Shown here: piece after piece, positions 19,406 through 28,650 of the stretch | How the letters are laid out: every line of letters begins with the position of its first letter | How positions within the stretch are numbered: the stretch's first letter is position 1 | Source of the DNA: Bacteroidales bacterium | GTDB lineage: Bacteria > Bacteroidota > Bacteroidia > Bacteroidales > UBA12077 | NCBI GenBank assembly: GCA_028282585.1 | Contig: JANQHR010000040.1 | Span: 1-64,000 of the forward strand | Length of the DNA stretch: 64,000 nucleotides | Direction: 5' to 3' | Translations under genes and position numbers: made by a program | Notes under the pieces: model-generated | What the model was told of the DNA's origin: nothing | Database searches by the model: none | Seen by the model: only the letters and a program-made list of their open reading frames with translations

Positions 19406-19753
19406 ATGAAAGATGAATCAACCGGAAAATTCTCAGTTCATTTAAGTTTTGAGGAAGTACGATTACCTCCGTTTGAAGATATTTTGATACTTGGTAAAAA
19501 ATGCCCTCAAGGGAAAATTGGAGTATATAAGTCTTTTGAACTTCTGATTCCGAACGAATTCGAAACATTTGAAATTGAAGATGAGATTATTGAAGCTATT
19601 TTTGTAAATAAAAGGATTTTAAAAAAAATTGACAAAAATAAAATAATTACAATTTTACGTGAAAAGGTTTTCCCATATGTTTCTGCATCTGAGATTTTAA
19701 AAGTAGATTTTAAATTAAGAATTTTTTACGATTCTGTTAAAGGAGAATTTTGA
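19406..19753 (+). CDS. Hypothetical protein, translationally coupled to the CBS-kinase gene
   Basis: 115-aa ORF whose TGA overlaps the next start. Confidence 0.65.
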   Translation: MKDESTGKFSVHLSFEEVRLPPFEDILILGKKCPQGKIGVYKSFELLIPNEFETFEIEDEIIEAIFVNKRILKKIDKNKIITILREKVFPYVSASEILKVDFKLRIFYDSVKGEF

Positions 19754-20838
19754 TGGTTTTAGAAAATTACGTATCCAATACTTATCCAACTGTTGGGCCA
19801 TTTGAAGGAATTAATTCAGTTGAAGATTTGTTGTTAGAAAACCAATATTTGGTAGTTATCGAGAATAATAACTATCAGGGTATTTTAACAATATCTGACG
19901 TAATCAAACATCCACATAAAATTGTAATTGATTGTGTTACAAAAAAAGAAAGTATAAAAATAGATGATACGATAACTTCTGCACTTGAAAAATTTTATTC
20001 AAGTCAATCTTTTGTCCTGCCCGTAATGAATGGTGGTGATTTTATTGGAGTAATTAAAAAAGATCAAATTTTAATAGCGTTAGAAACAAAGGTTAATAAA
20101 CTGTACGATGAATCATTGATATCCGAGAAAGCTAAAATAAATTTCTTAAATAATTTATCTCATGAAATCAGGACTCCTTTAAATGGGATACTTGGATTTT
20201 TAGACATTATTGCACAATTAGACACCGATGATTTTACGATTAAAAAAGAAAACTTCTCTAAATCCATAAGAAAATCTGCTGAACATTTTTTAATGATAAT
20301 GAGCGACTTAGTAGAGTTGTCTTTTTTCCATGCAGGCGATGAATTAAACATAAGAAAAAGCAATGTAGACATAGTTGAAATTTTTACAGAATTGAAAGAT
20401 TTTTTCAATGAATTATCATTGTTTCAAAACAGAAAGGCAACCGTCGTTTATTTAAATTCGGATTCCTCTTGTTTTATACATACAGACGGAAAGAAACTCA
20501 AACATATTTTATATCATTTAATCAATAATGCAATAAAATTCTCTGAAGATAATAAAGTAACTTTTGGGTTCGAGTTGAAACCTAAAGAGAAGAATATTAG
20601 CCTTTATGTAAAAAATAAAGATTCCAATATTGGTCAAAAAGATGTTCTAAAAATGTTTGATATTTTTGAAAAACAAAAAAATATAGGAAAAGAATTAAAT
20701 TTTGGTTTAGGTATAGGGTTGCCATTAGTTAAAAACTTGACTGATTTATTAGGTGGTCGAATTAAAGTTGAAACAGAAAACAAAGAAATCTCTTTTTTTG
20801 TCAATATACCAATTGAACAGGAAATAGTCAGCATATAA
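19750..20838 (+). CDS. Cytoplasmic CBS-domain histidine kinase
   Basis: N-terminal CBS pair (YQGILTISD; LPVMNGGDFIGVI); H-box SHEIRTPLNG; N-box NNAIKF; G2 GLGIGL; G1 box degenerate. Confidence 0.8.
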   Translation: MMVLENYVSNTYPTVGPFEGINSVEDLLLENQYLVVIENNNYQGILTISDVIKHPHKIVIDCVTKKESIKIDDTITSALEKFYSSQSFVLPVMNGGDFIGVIKKDQILIALETKVNKLYDESLISEKAKINFLNNLSHEIRTPLNGILGFLDIIAQLDTDDFTIKKENFSKSIRKSAEHFLMIMSDLVELSFFHAGDELNIRKSNVDIVEIFTELKDFFNELSLFQNRKATVVYLNSDSSCFIHTDGKKLKHILYHLINNAIKFSEDNKVTFGFELKPKEKNISLYVKNKDSNIGQKDVLKMFDIFEKQKNIGKELNFGLGIGLPLVKNLTDLLGGRIKVETENKEISFFVNIPIEQEIVSI

Positions 20839-20854
20839 GAATGAAATGGCTTAA

Positions 20855-20986
20855 GCTCATAAACCAAAGGTCATAGGCTCCGAAAACTAGAAATCACAGA
20901 TTTCGTAAATTTTCGAGAGTTCTCATGTTTTTACGAAATCCAAAGAATTTCTAAAATACCGAACTCGAGTCCTGCTTTCACAGCCA
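20855..20986 (+). pseudogene. Degenerate 3' copy of tRNA-fMet (att-like), interrupted by an ~86-bp hairpin
   Basis: 20855-20877 matches the tRNA at 21/23; the match resumes as TCGAGTCCT at 20965. Confidence 0.7.
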
Positions 20987-21120
20987 GAAAGAGTTAAAAA
21001 CATAGTAGCTGGTTTTGTATTTCGCATATAGTTAAAAACTAGTTAATAAGTTAGTTCCATTAAAATTGACAAAGGGGTATATACATTCATATCTTGTATA
21101 AACCAATAAAATCATTATCA

Positions 21121-21537
21121 ATGGAAAATAATTTGTTTACAAAAGTTTATGATTTCTTTAATCATATGATTCATCCCTCCGACTTAAAACTCTCTAAAGA
21201 CCTGAAAATTAAACGATGTCCTGTTACCAGACTGGATATTTCCATGCAACCAAAGCATACCAAATTTATGAGTGCCTCCGGAATAAAATGGTATTATAAA
21301 AATGAAAGGGAAATATACCATCAGTTTTTAGGGGTCAGGTTAACTGAGAGTTCAAGAAACAAAGATATTGATACCCAGTTTCAGTTAATTGCTCACTGCA
21401 TTCGAAATGCGGAAAGTAATCCCCGGAATAATGCAAGAAAGGCCATACGAAAACTGCTAAATGAAAAAGATAGTTTATTTAACAACCTTCAACTTATTGA
21501 TAAAAAAAAGCTTAGAGAAGCAGGTATAAATAATTAG
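21121..21537 (+). CDS. Hypothetical protein
   Basis: ATG 21121 preferred over TTG 21094; basic; no recognised motif. Confidence 0.5.
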   Translation: MENNLFTKVYDFFNHMIHPSDLKLSKDLKIKRCPVTRLDISMQPKHTKFMSASGIKWYYKNEREIYHQFLGVRLTESSRNKDIDTQFQLIAHCIRNAESNPRNNARKAIRKLLNEKDSLFNNLQLIDKKKLREAGINN

Positions 21538-21630
21538 ATGTATTCAAATTTCGTGATCAATAATCTTACTAAACTACAATAAACAAAGTAGATTTAAGTT
21601 CGTCTTATAGATAAAAATTATTACTATTCC

Positions 21631-24159
21631 ATGAGATATAAGATTACGAAATACTTACTTCTGTTTTTAATTGTATTTAGTCAAAATCTGCAAGCTCAAA
21701 CCATTCATAAGAATTCAATAGACTTTCACTACTTAGAAAATTTGATAAAAATCGGGATCGATAGTTTACGTGCCGAAAAAAACCTTAGTCCACTGGTACA
21801 TGATTCTATTCTGTACTTAGCTGCTCATGATCATGCAATATATTTATTAAAAACGGGAGCATTTAGCCATAATCAGCGAAACTCGATAAAACGAACACCT
21901 CATAAACGAGTTCTATTTTATAATGGCACACATAACATGACGGGTGAAAACATTGCCAAAATTTACATTTTCCGGCCATTGATAAATTATCAAAAAAAAA
22001 CAATCAATATATCTGATTATAAATTAGCTGCAACTGAATTTGTTGAAGGTTGGAAACATTCCAGGGGTCATTATGAAAACATCATAACACCTGAGTTCAA
22101 TTCTACAGGTTTGGCCGTTTCGTATAACAAAAAAACGGATGAGGTTTTTGCGGTTCAGGTTTTCGGCAGAAGTAACAAGATTAAGTTAAACTCTGAATTT
22201 AATAAATATTCAGGCTCATCAGATTTAGGTAATGAAATTCAATATAAACCTCATAAAAGACATGCTTATAATATTAAATATCCTGCCAAAGAAAAGGACA
22301 TAGTTTTATATAATAGGATTAGAAAAAGAGCATTTGGCAATTCCCGGTATTACAGCAATAACAATAGATTATATTTAAGGCTTAGGAACTATAATGCAGC
22401 TGATTATTTTTTTAAAAACCGAAAAGACGGGCTTATAATGGAATATGTTCCGTTTTACCTATACAGCCAGAAAGATCTTTACCATAATTATCCGACGAGA
22501 AAAAACAACGAATGTATTTTTAATGGTTTTGTTTCAGAACCAACGTATAAAAAAGAGATTGTTGGAAATAAAAGAAAAGTAAAAAGAAAATCGAGGCCAT
22601 TTACAGTTAACCTAGGTAAAATTCCTAATAACAATTCCGACTCATTAAACGAAATTAATGTACTAATATTAAAAAGGAACAGAATTGTTGATGTAATTTA
22701 TTTTCAACATTCTTGTGGTGAGATGATAAACTATTTCCCCAACATTGATTATATTGATTTACCATTTAAAGTTCATGAAACTAATTATACTCCTGTACCC
22801 GAAAAGGACTCCTTCTTTTTAAAAGTTAACTTTGAACGTAATAAAACTGAAGTTGATTCTACAGTAATAAATGAGATTAAGAATTTCTTAAGCAGAAGAA
22901 GTTACAAGCCACTTTATGCGTATATTACTGCCTATGCCAGCGTTGAAGGGCCTTCAAGTATAAACACTGAATTATATAAGAAACGAGCTGAAAATATCTC
23001 CGAAATATTTAAGAATCACAGTTCGGAAAACTTTCCTGTTAAGATACTTACAAAAGAAAATTGGAGATTATTCAATAAACAGATTAAAAATACCGAGTAC
23101 GATTTTCTTACTGAAAAAGACACATCATACATTAAAAAATTTCTTCAATTGGAACAGCCTTTGGCCGATTTGGATAAAAAACTTTATGCACAACGTTATT
23201 TAAGCGTTAAAATAGTCTCGGAAGAAATAATTACTAATGAAAATTTAAATAGTTATGCTATTAAAGAATATAACAAACTAACAGAACCTTATTTAAACTC
23301 TCAAAAAAGATACTACAACAAATTCATATCAGATCAAACCAAAGCCAAATTAGAACATATTCAACATTTTCTTTTTGAAAGATATCTAAATAACGAATTA
23401 GATTATTCCGTGATTGAATCACTGCCGGTAAACATTGACAGTAGAAAGCTACAAGACAAGAATCGATATAATCAATTGGAAATTAATTATTTATTATTCA
23501 AACTTAATCATACTAATTTAACCGAATTAGAAAAATATGAGATCTATAAAACACTCAACGGCTATAACAATATTGATCCAAACTATAAAATAAACAACTT
23601 TGTATGGCAATTAAATGATAGGCTACATAACAACGAAGTAATTGAAACAAAATTTCTGGAATCAATCAATAACCTGATTAAAAAAATTAAAACTCCAATT
23701 GACAGAAAGGTAATTGATGAGTTGGAACTATATTATCATATTAAAACCTTACAATTAGCCTATTACGAAAATCCATTTGATGATTTTGCAGATTTTAAAA
23801 ATTCCTTACGGTTTATTTTTAATTATTATAATTCTATCGAAATAGATTCACAAACTGCCATAAGCGTCTCTAAATTTTTTGAATTGCTTAGATCATATTC
23901 TTATGCTACCGAAATCCTGGAACCTTTTATTAATAATGACATTAGTAATCCTGAAATTATAAAGCAATATATAAGATTATTATTTACTAATATTGAGGTT
24001 TCTAACAGTGAGAAGTATTATGAACTTTTATTTTGGGCACATAAAAAATTAAATAAATCAGATTGGTGCAGTTTATTTACGGATACATGCCGAATAAATT
24101 TTCAAATTCTTGATTATGCTCCTTTGTATCGTTTTTTTTACAATGAATGTATTGAATAA
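21631..24159 (+). CDS. Secreted CAP/SCP-domain protein with a degenerate OmpA-like domain
   Basis: Signal peptide; AAHDHA..FSH, GENI, WKHSRGHYENI (CAP); AYASVEG...N..L...RA (OmpA-like). Confidence 0.75.
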   Translation: MRYKITKYLLLFLIVFSQNLQAQTIHKNSIDFHYLENLIKIGIDSLRAEKNLSPLVHDSILYLAAHDHAIYLLKTGAFSHNQRNSIKRTPHKRVLFYNGTHNMTGENIAKIYIFRPLINYQKKTINISDYKLAATEFVEGWKHSRGHYENIITPEFNSTGLAVSYNKKTDEVFAVQVFGRSNKIKLNSEFNKYSGSSDLGNEIQYKPHKRHAYNIKYPAKEKDIVLYNRIRKRAFGNSRYYSNNNRLYLRLRNYNAADYFFKNRKDGLIMEYVPFYLYSQKDLYHNYPTRKNNECIFNGFVSEPTYKKEIVGNKRKVKRKSRPFTVNLGKIPNNNSDSLNEINVLILKRNRIVDVIYFQHSCGEMINYFPNIDYIDLPFKVHETNYTPVPEKDSFFLKVNFERNKTEVDSTVINEIKNFLSRRSYKPLYAYITAYASVEGPSSINTELYKKRAENISEIFKNHSSENFPVKILTKENWRLFNKQIKNTEYDFLTEKDTSYIKKFLQLEQPLADLDKKLYAQRYLSVKIVSEEIITNENLNSYAIKEYNKLTEPYLNSQKRYYNKFISDQTKAKLEHIQHFLFERYLNNELDYSVIESLPVNIDSRKLQDKNRYNQLEINYLLFKLNHTNLTELEKYEIYKTLNGYNNIDPNYKINNFVWQLNDRLHNNEVIETKFLESINNLIKKIKTPIDRKVIDELELYYHIKTLQLAYYENPFDDFADFKNSLRFIFNYYNSIEIDSQTAISVSKFFELLRSYSYATEILEPFINNDISNPEIIKQYIRLLFTNIEVSNSEKYYELLFWAHKKLNKSDWCSLFTDTCRINFQILDYAPLYRFFYNECIE

Positions 24160-24242
24160 ACCACCTCACTCAGAATATTTTCCTTATTTCACTTTCGTTA
24201 ATATGATGTTGTTCGTAATTTTATCAGCCAAAATATAAATAA

Positions 24243-25160
24243 ATGGCTGACTATAATAAATTGCTTGAGGAAATAGTTCAGGAAATAAAACCAATTATTG
24301 GCGAAGGTAAAGTAGCAGGTTATATTCCTGCACTTGCTAAAATAGATCCTCAGAAATTTGGAGTAACAATTTCAACAATAAACGGAAACACATTTTCGAT
24401 TGGAGATGTAAATGAAAAATTTTCCGTTCAAAGTATTTCGAAAGTATTTACTTTAACGCTTGCTTTCTCAAAACTTGGTGAAGAAATTTGGTCGCGCGTA
24501 GGAAGAGAACCTTCCGGAAATGCATTTAATTCTTTAGTACAGTTAGAATATGAGCGGGGTATTCCTCGTAATCCTTTTATAAATGCCGGGGCAATTGTTA
24601 TTACTGATATTTTAATTAGCTTATTAGATGATCCTTATGCCGAACTATTGGATTTTATCCGCTTATTAAGCGGCTCGGAAGATATTCGGTACGATGCAAA
24701 AGTTGCTCAATCGGAACGTGAAAACGGATTTACTAATGCTGCATTAGTAAATTTTCTTAAAAGTCATCATAATATAAAAAATGATGTTGAGAAAGTTTTG
24801 GATGTATATTTTCATCACTGTTCAATAACCATGACAACCAATGAATTATCCAAATCCTTTCTTTATTTAAGTAATCATGGATGCATTCCAAAATCCAAGC
24901 ATAATATTTTAACAAAAAGTCAGGCTAAAAGAATAAATGCGCTAATGTTAACTTGTGGTACCTACGATGAGGCCGGTGATTTTGCTTATTTAGTAGGAAT
25001 GCCCGGAAAAAGCGGTGTTGGTGGCGGAATTGCAGCTATCATTCCGAATGAATTAAGCATTGCTGTTTGGTGCCCGGCATTAAATAAAAAAGGTAACTCT
25101 TTGGCAGGAATGAAAGCCCTTGAGCTATTTACAACAAAAACCGGTATGTCCATATTTTGA
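24243..25160 (+). CDS. glsA: Glutaminase
   Basis: YIPALA, QSISK, EPSGNAFN, NPFINAGA, KSGVGGG. Confidence 0.95.
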   Translation: MADYNKLLEEIVQEIKPIIGEGKVAGYIPALAKIDPQKFGVTISTINGNTFSIGDVNEKFSVQSISKVFTLTLAFSKLGEEIWSRVGREPSGNAFNSLVQLEYERGIPRNPFINAGAIVITDILISLLDDPYAELLDFIRLLSGSEDIRYDAKVAQSERENGFTNAALVNFLKSHHNIKNDVEKVLDVYFHHCSITMTTNELSKSFLYLSNHGCIPKSKHNILTKSQAKRINALMLTCGTYDEAGDFAYLVGMPGKSGVGGGIAAIIPNELSIAVWCPALNKKGNSLAGMKALELFTTKTGMSIF

Positions 25161-25169
25161 TTTATTGCG

Positions 25170-25730
25170 ATGCAACAATTAATAGACTTCATAAGCGAAT
25201 ATATACAATTGGAAAAAGAAACAATCAATGCCTTAGAAAAAAGAATCCAATATGAATCTTTTAAAAAAAACGAACTGATATTAAAGCAAGGAAGCACAGC
25301 TAATAAGGTTTGGTTTATTACTAAAGGTCTTGTAAGAAAATTTTATTACCACGAGGGCAAAGAAGTTAACACCTGGATTCATGCCGAAAATGAAATGTGT
25401 ACTTCTATGTATAGCTATTTCGAAAAAAAACCTTCTGAGGAAAATATCCAGGCAATTGAAAATACAGAACTAATTAGCCTTACCTATGAAAAAAGCCTTG
25501 AACTAAACTTTTATCCTGAATTTAGTGATTTCAGCAGAAAATTACTTACAAAACAATTTGCATGTATCGATGAATTTTCTAAAAAGTTTAGTTTAATGAA
25601 TGCTTCAGAAAAATATCAGGCTTTATCGGAGACTGCTCCGGAAATAATAAAAAGAGCTAAATTAGGATATATTGCTTCAGTTATGGGTATTTCACAAGAA
25701 ACCCTAAGCCGCATTAGATCTAAAAAATAA
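25170..25730 (+). CDS. Crp/Fnr-family cNMP-binding regulator
   Basis: cNMP-binding fold; C-terminal IASVMGISQETLSRIR HTH. Confidence 0.88.
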   Translation: MQQLIDFISEYIQLEKETINALEKRIQYESFKKNELILKQGSTANKVWFITKGLVRKFYYHEGKEVNTWIHAENEMCTSMYSYFEKKPSEENIQAIENTELISLTYEKSLELNFYPEFSDFSRKLLTKQFACIDEFSKKFSLMNASEKYQALSETAPEIIKRAKLGYIASVMGISQETLSRIRSKK

Positions 25731-25746
25731 AATCACATCTATTTTT

Positions 25747-25760
25747 TTGACTTATGTCAA
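25747..25760 (+). promoter_or_regulatory. FNR/Crp-like palindromic operator
   Basis: TTGAC-TTAT-GTCAA directly after the Crp/Fnr gene and upstream of the next gene. Confidence 0.6.
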
Positions 25761-25814
25761 TAGAACTATACAAACTGATCCTGAAATTTGTACCAAATTA
25801 CAAAACCAAAGATC

Positions 25815-26132
25815 ATGACAGTTTTAAAACCAATTATGCTTTTATCAGATATAGCAAAACGAGCTAACAAGGGAACTGCTTTAGATGTTGACTATTTTAT
25901 GTCCTATTTAACTAATGAATCGTCAACGCAGATATTAAAAATGGTTGACTTCGCTATAAGTCAAATAATGTCCAAAGAAGGTGCAGAAAGAATTAAGTAC
26001 TATTTATTTAATGGAACAAATATTCAAAGAAATTATGCAGCACTTTACTTTAAAAGACATAAAAAAGAAGATGTATTATTGGAAGCAATCTTAATGCAAA
26101 GAATTGATGAAAAGCAAGTTTTCTCAGTGTAA
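25815..26132 (+). CDS. Hypothetical protein
   Basis: ATG 25815; helical; QRNYAALYFKR segment. Confidence 0.6.
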   Translation: MTVLKPIMLLSDIAKRANKGTALDVDYFMSYLTNESSTQILKMVDFAISQIMSKEGAERIKYYLFNGTNIQRNYAALYFKRHKKEDVLLEAILMQRIDEKQVFSV

Positions 26133-26281
26133 TTAAAGAGATCGTTTAATTGAACGTAGTTTTGCTTTTTATACAAGAATTTTAACCGATTCCTTACATA
26201 TTTGATTATTTCATCAAAAGATACTAACTTAATAAGGTCAAAAAACGTTACAAAAGTTGACTAAATCAAAGTTAGCCATAA

Positions 26282-28480
26282 ATGTGCAGGAACGTATTAC
26301 TTATTTTGATCTTTACATTGTGCAGTAATGTACTTTTTTCTCAAGATTGGCATGAAATTTATTACCTTGAAGGGGAAGCTCAATATTTTATTGATGAAAG
26401 AAAATACGATAAGGCTATCGATATTTATCGTAGAATTATTCGAGAAGTTCCGGAAAATACCTATGCTAAATATAAAATCGGTCGTTTATATTTACAATCT
26501 GACTCAGAAAAGGAATTAGCTATAGAGTATCTCGAAGATGCATCGCAGAATATAGCGCTGGATTTCGATGAAGGATCGCTTCGGGAAATTCGAACTCCCG
26601 TAGATGTTTTTCTTTACTTGGGTGAAGCGTATCAAATAGCAAACAGAATTGACGAGGCAGTAGTGGTTTATAATAATTTTAAAGAATTGATTCAACCCGA
26701 TAATGAACTATATCCTGTTGTACTTCATAGATTAAAAACTTGTGAAAATGCTAAAATTGCTCTTAAAGATCCTTTGAGGGTTTCCAAAACCAATCTGGGA
26801 GCACCGGTTAACAACGATAACCCAAATTTTGGAGCCGTATTTTCCGGTGATGGAAATACGGTCATTTTTACTTCATACACGCGGAATTATATCGATAATT
26901 ATTATGCTGTAAAAGAAAATGGGATATGGGGTAATCCAAAACGTATAAGTGAAAAATTAAGTAACAAATATTATCTTAGAACTGCAGGCCTTTCATATGA
27001 TGGTACAGAATTATATCTGGCCACAGATGATCCTGAAAAAAACGATTTATTCGTTTGTTATAAAGAAGGGAAAAATTGGATTGAAGCAGAAAAACTTCCA
27101 AAAACTATAAATGGTAAAAAGAGTAATGAAACTCATGCGTCCGTGACAAAAGATGGAAATACATTGTACTTTACAAGTGATAGAGAAGGAGGACAAGGAG
27201 GATTTGACATTTATAAATCAACTAAAGATACCAAAGGTAAATGGGGTGAACCGGAAAATTTAGGACCAAGCATAAATACACCTTTTGATGAAGCAACTCC
27301 ATTTATCACAATGGATGACAGATACCTATTTTTTAGCTCACAGGGCCATGGAAGTATTGGTGGTTTTGATATCTTTTATATTGATCTAACAACTGCTTCA
27401 ACAGCTACAAATTTGGGTTATCCTGCAAACACAACAGGAGACGATCTGTTTTTTGTACCAAATAATTCTTTAACATCAGGCTATATATCAACTTATGATA
27501 GTACATCAATAGGCGAAAGCGATATTTATTTTGTATCAATTCTGCAAAAAATAAATCTTGCAGGAAACATTAATACGGTTGATGGCGATCAGATAACAGA
27601 TTCTAATGTTGAAATCTCGGTTATTGAGACTAATACAAACAACATTGTGAAAACCCTTAATACAAACAAGAGTAAATTTGAAATTGATCTTAATCCCGGA
27701 GATTACAACGTTATAATTAACAAGGAAAATTATGAAGCATTTACTGACCAGGTTAGTATCCCTGAAAACTATAATCAGAGCATATACACTTTTAATGCTA
27801 CCTTAAACCCTATTGAGGTTGAACAAGAAGAATTAGTAGCTGAGGTTATTGAAGAATCAGTTCCAGAACTGGAAAAAGAGGAGCAAGCGATAAGAGAAAC
27901 AGTAAAAGAACAGGAAGAAATTATGTTAGAAGAGACTAAAGTTGAGGAAACGATTCCGGAACCTGTTAATGAAGAAAAAGAGGAAGAAAAGTTACCTAAA
28001 AAGGAAATAGCTAAATATGTTCCAAAAACTTCCCCAAATAAAACAGGAAAGAAAACTTATTCGGTTCAGTTAATGGCACTAAAAAATCCTGTTAAAGTAA
28101 ACTACTTTAAAGATGTTAGCAACGTGGTTTTAACAAAATATTCTGATGGTTTCTACAGATATACCGTGGGAAATACCGATTCTTATTCCGAAGCTCAAAA
28201 AATAAAAGATGAAATTAACAAACTTGGCTATAAAGATGCCTTTATCCGCATAAATGATGAACAAAGATCAACTTTTACTATTCAGATAATGGCCTTAATA
28301 ATTCCGGTTAAACCTGATTTTTTTACGGATTTATCTTCTGTAGTTGTTACCAAGGGTGCTGATGATTATTTTAGATATACAATAGGTGACTTCGACTCGT
28401 ATGAAGAAGCCAAACAAGAACTTTCCAGCATAAAACTATTAGGTTATAACCAGGCATTTGTTAAAAAAACAAATAACTAA
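26282..28480 (+). CDS. TPR + PD40 propeller + beta-sandwich + acidic linker + two SPOR-like domains
   Basis: Signal peptide; TPRs; LYFTSDREGGQGGFDIY and NLGPSINT (PD40); repeated (YS/FT)xQxMAL...YRYTxG...Y.EA...GY..AF. Confidence 0.8.
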   Translation: MCRNVLLILIFTLCSNVLFSQDWHEIYYLEGEAQYFIDERKYDKAIDIYRRIIREVPENTYAKYKIGRLYLQSDSEKELAIEYLEDASQNIALDFDEGSLREIRTPVDVFLYLGEAYQIANRIDEAVVVYNNFKELIQPDNELYPVVLHRLKTCENAKIALKDPLRVSKTNLGAPVNNDNPNFGAVFSGDGNTVIFTSYTRNYIDNYYAVKENGIWGNPKRISEKLSNKYYLRTAGLSYDGTELYLATDDPEKNDLFVCYKEGKNWIEAEKLPKTINGKKSNETHASVTKDGNTLYFTSDREGGQGGFDIYKSTKDTKGKWGEPENLGPSINTPFDEATPFITMDDRYLFFSSQGHGSIGGFDIFYIDLTTASTATNLGYPANTTGDDLFFVPNNSLTSGYISTYDSTSIGESDIYFVSILQKINLAGNINTVDGDQITDSNVEISVIETNTNNIVKTLNTNKSKFEIDLNPGDYNVIINKENYEAFTDQVSIPENYNQSIYTFNATLNPIEVEQEELVAEVIEESVPELEKEEQAIRETVKEQEEIMLEETKVEETIPEPVNEEKEEEKLPKKEIAKYVPKTSPNKTGKKTYSVQLMALKNPVKVNYFKDVSNVVLTKYSDGFYRYTVGNTDSYSEAQKIKDEINKLGYKDAFIRINDEQRSTFTIQIMALIIPVKPDFFTDLSSVVVTKGADDYFRYTIGDFDSYEEAKQELSSIKLLGYNQAFVKKTNN

Positions 28481-28634
28481 AAAAGAGCTTGAAAAAGAAA
28501 TCAGAGGATATATTCATTTTTACAATTACGATAGAATTAAACTTAATTTAATGGAATGAGCCCGATGCAATATCTGGCTCATTATTATATAAAAATTAAT
28601 AGTTAACTTTGTCTAACTTTTGGGGTGCAGTCTA
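28481..28634 (+). mobile_element. IS3/IS150-family remnant: transposase C-terminus plus right inverted repeat
   Basis: Reads KELEKEIRGYIHFYNYDRIKLNL, then after a 1-nt frameshift GMSPMQY...*, followed by TGTCTAACTTTTGGGGTGCAGTCTA. Confidence 0.8.
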
Positions 28635-28650
28635 TCATGTAGCTCTTTTT

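Noticed and set aside
19145-19568. ORFs 19145-19387 (+) and 19347-19568 (-)
   Set aside because: No motifs, AT-rich, and they overlap the likely promoter or the better-supported 19406 gene.
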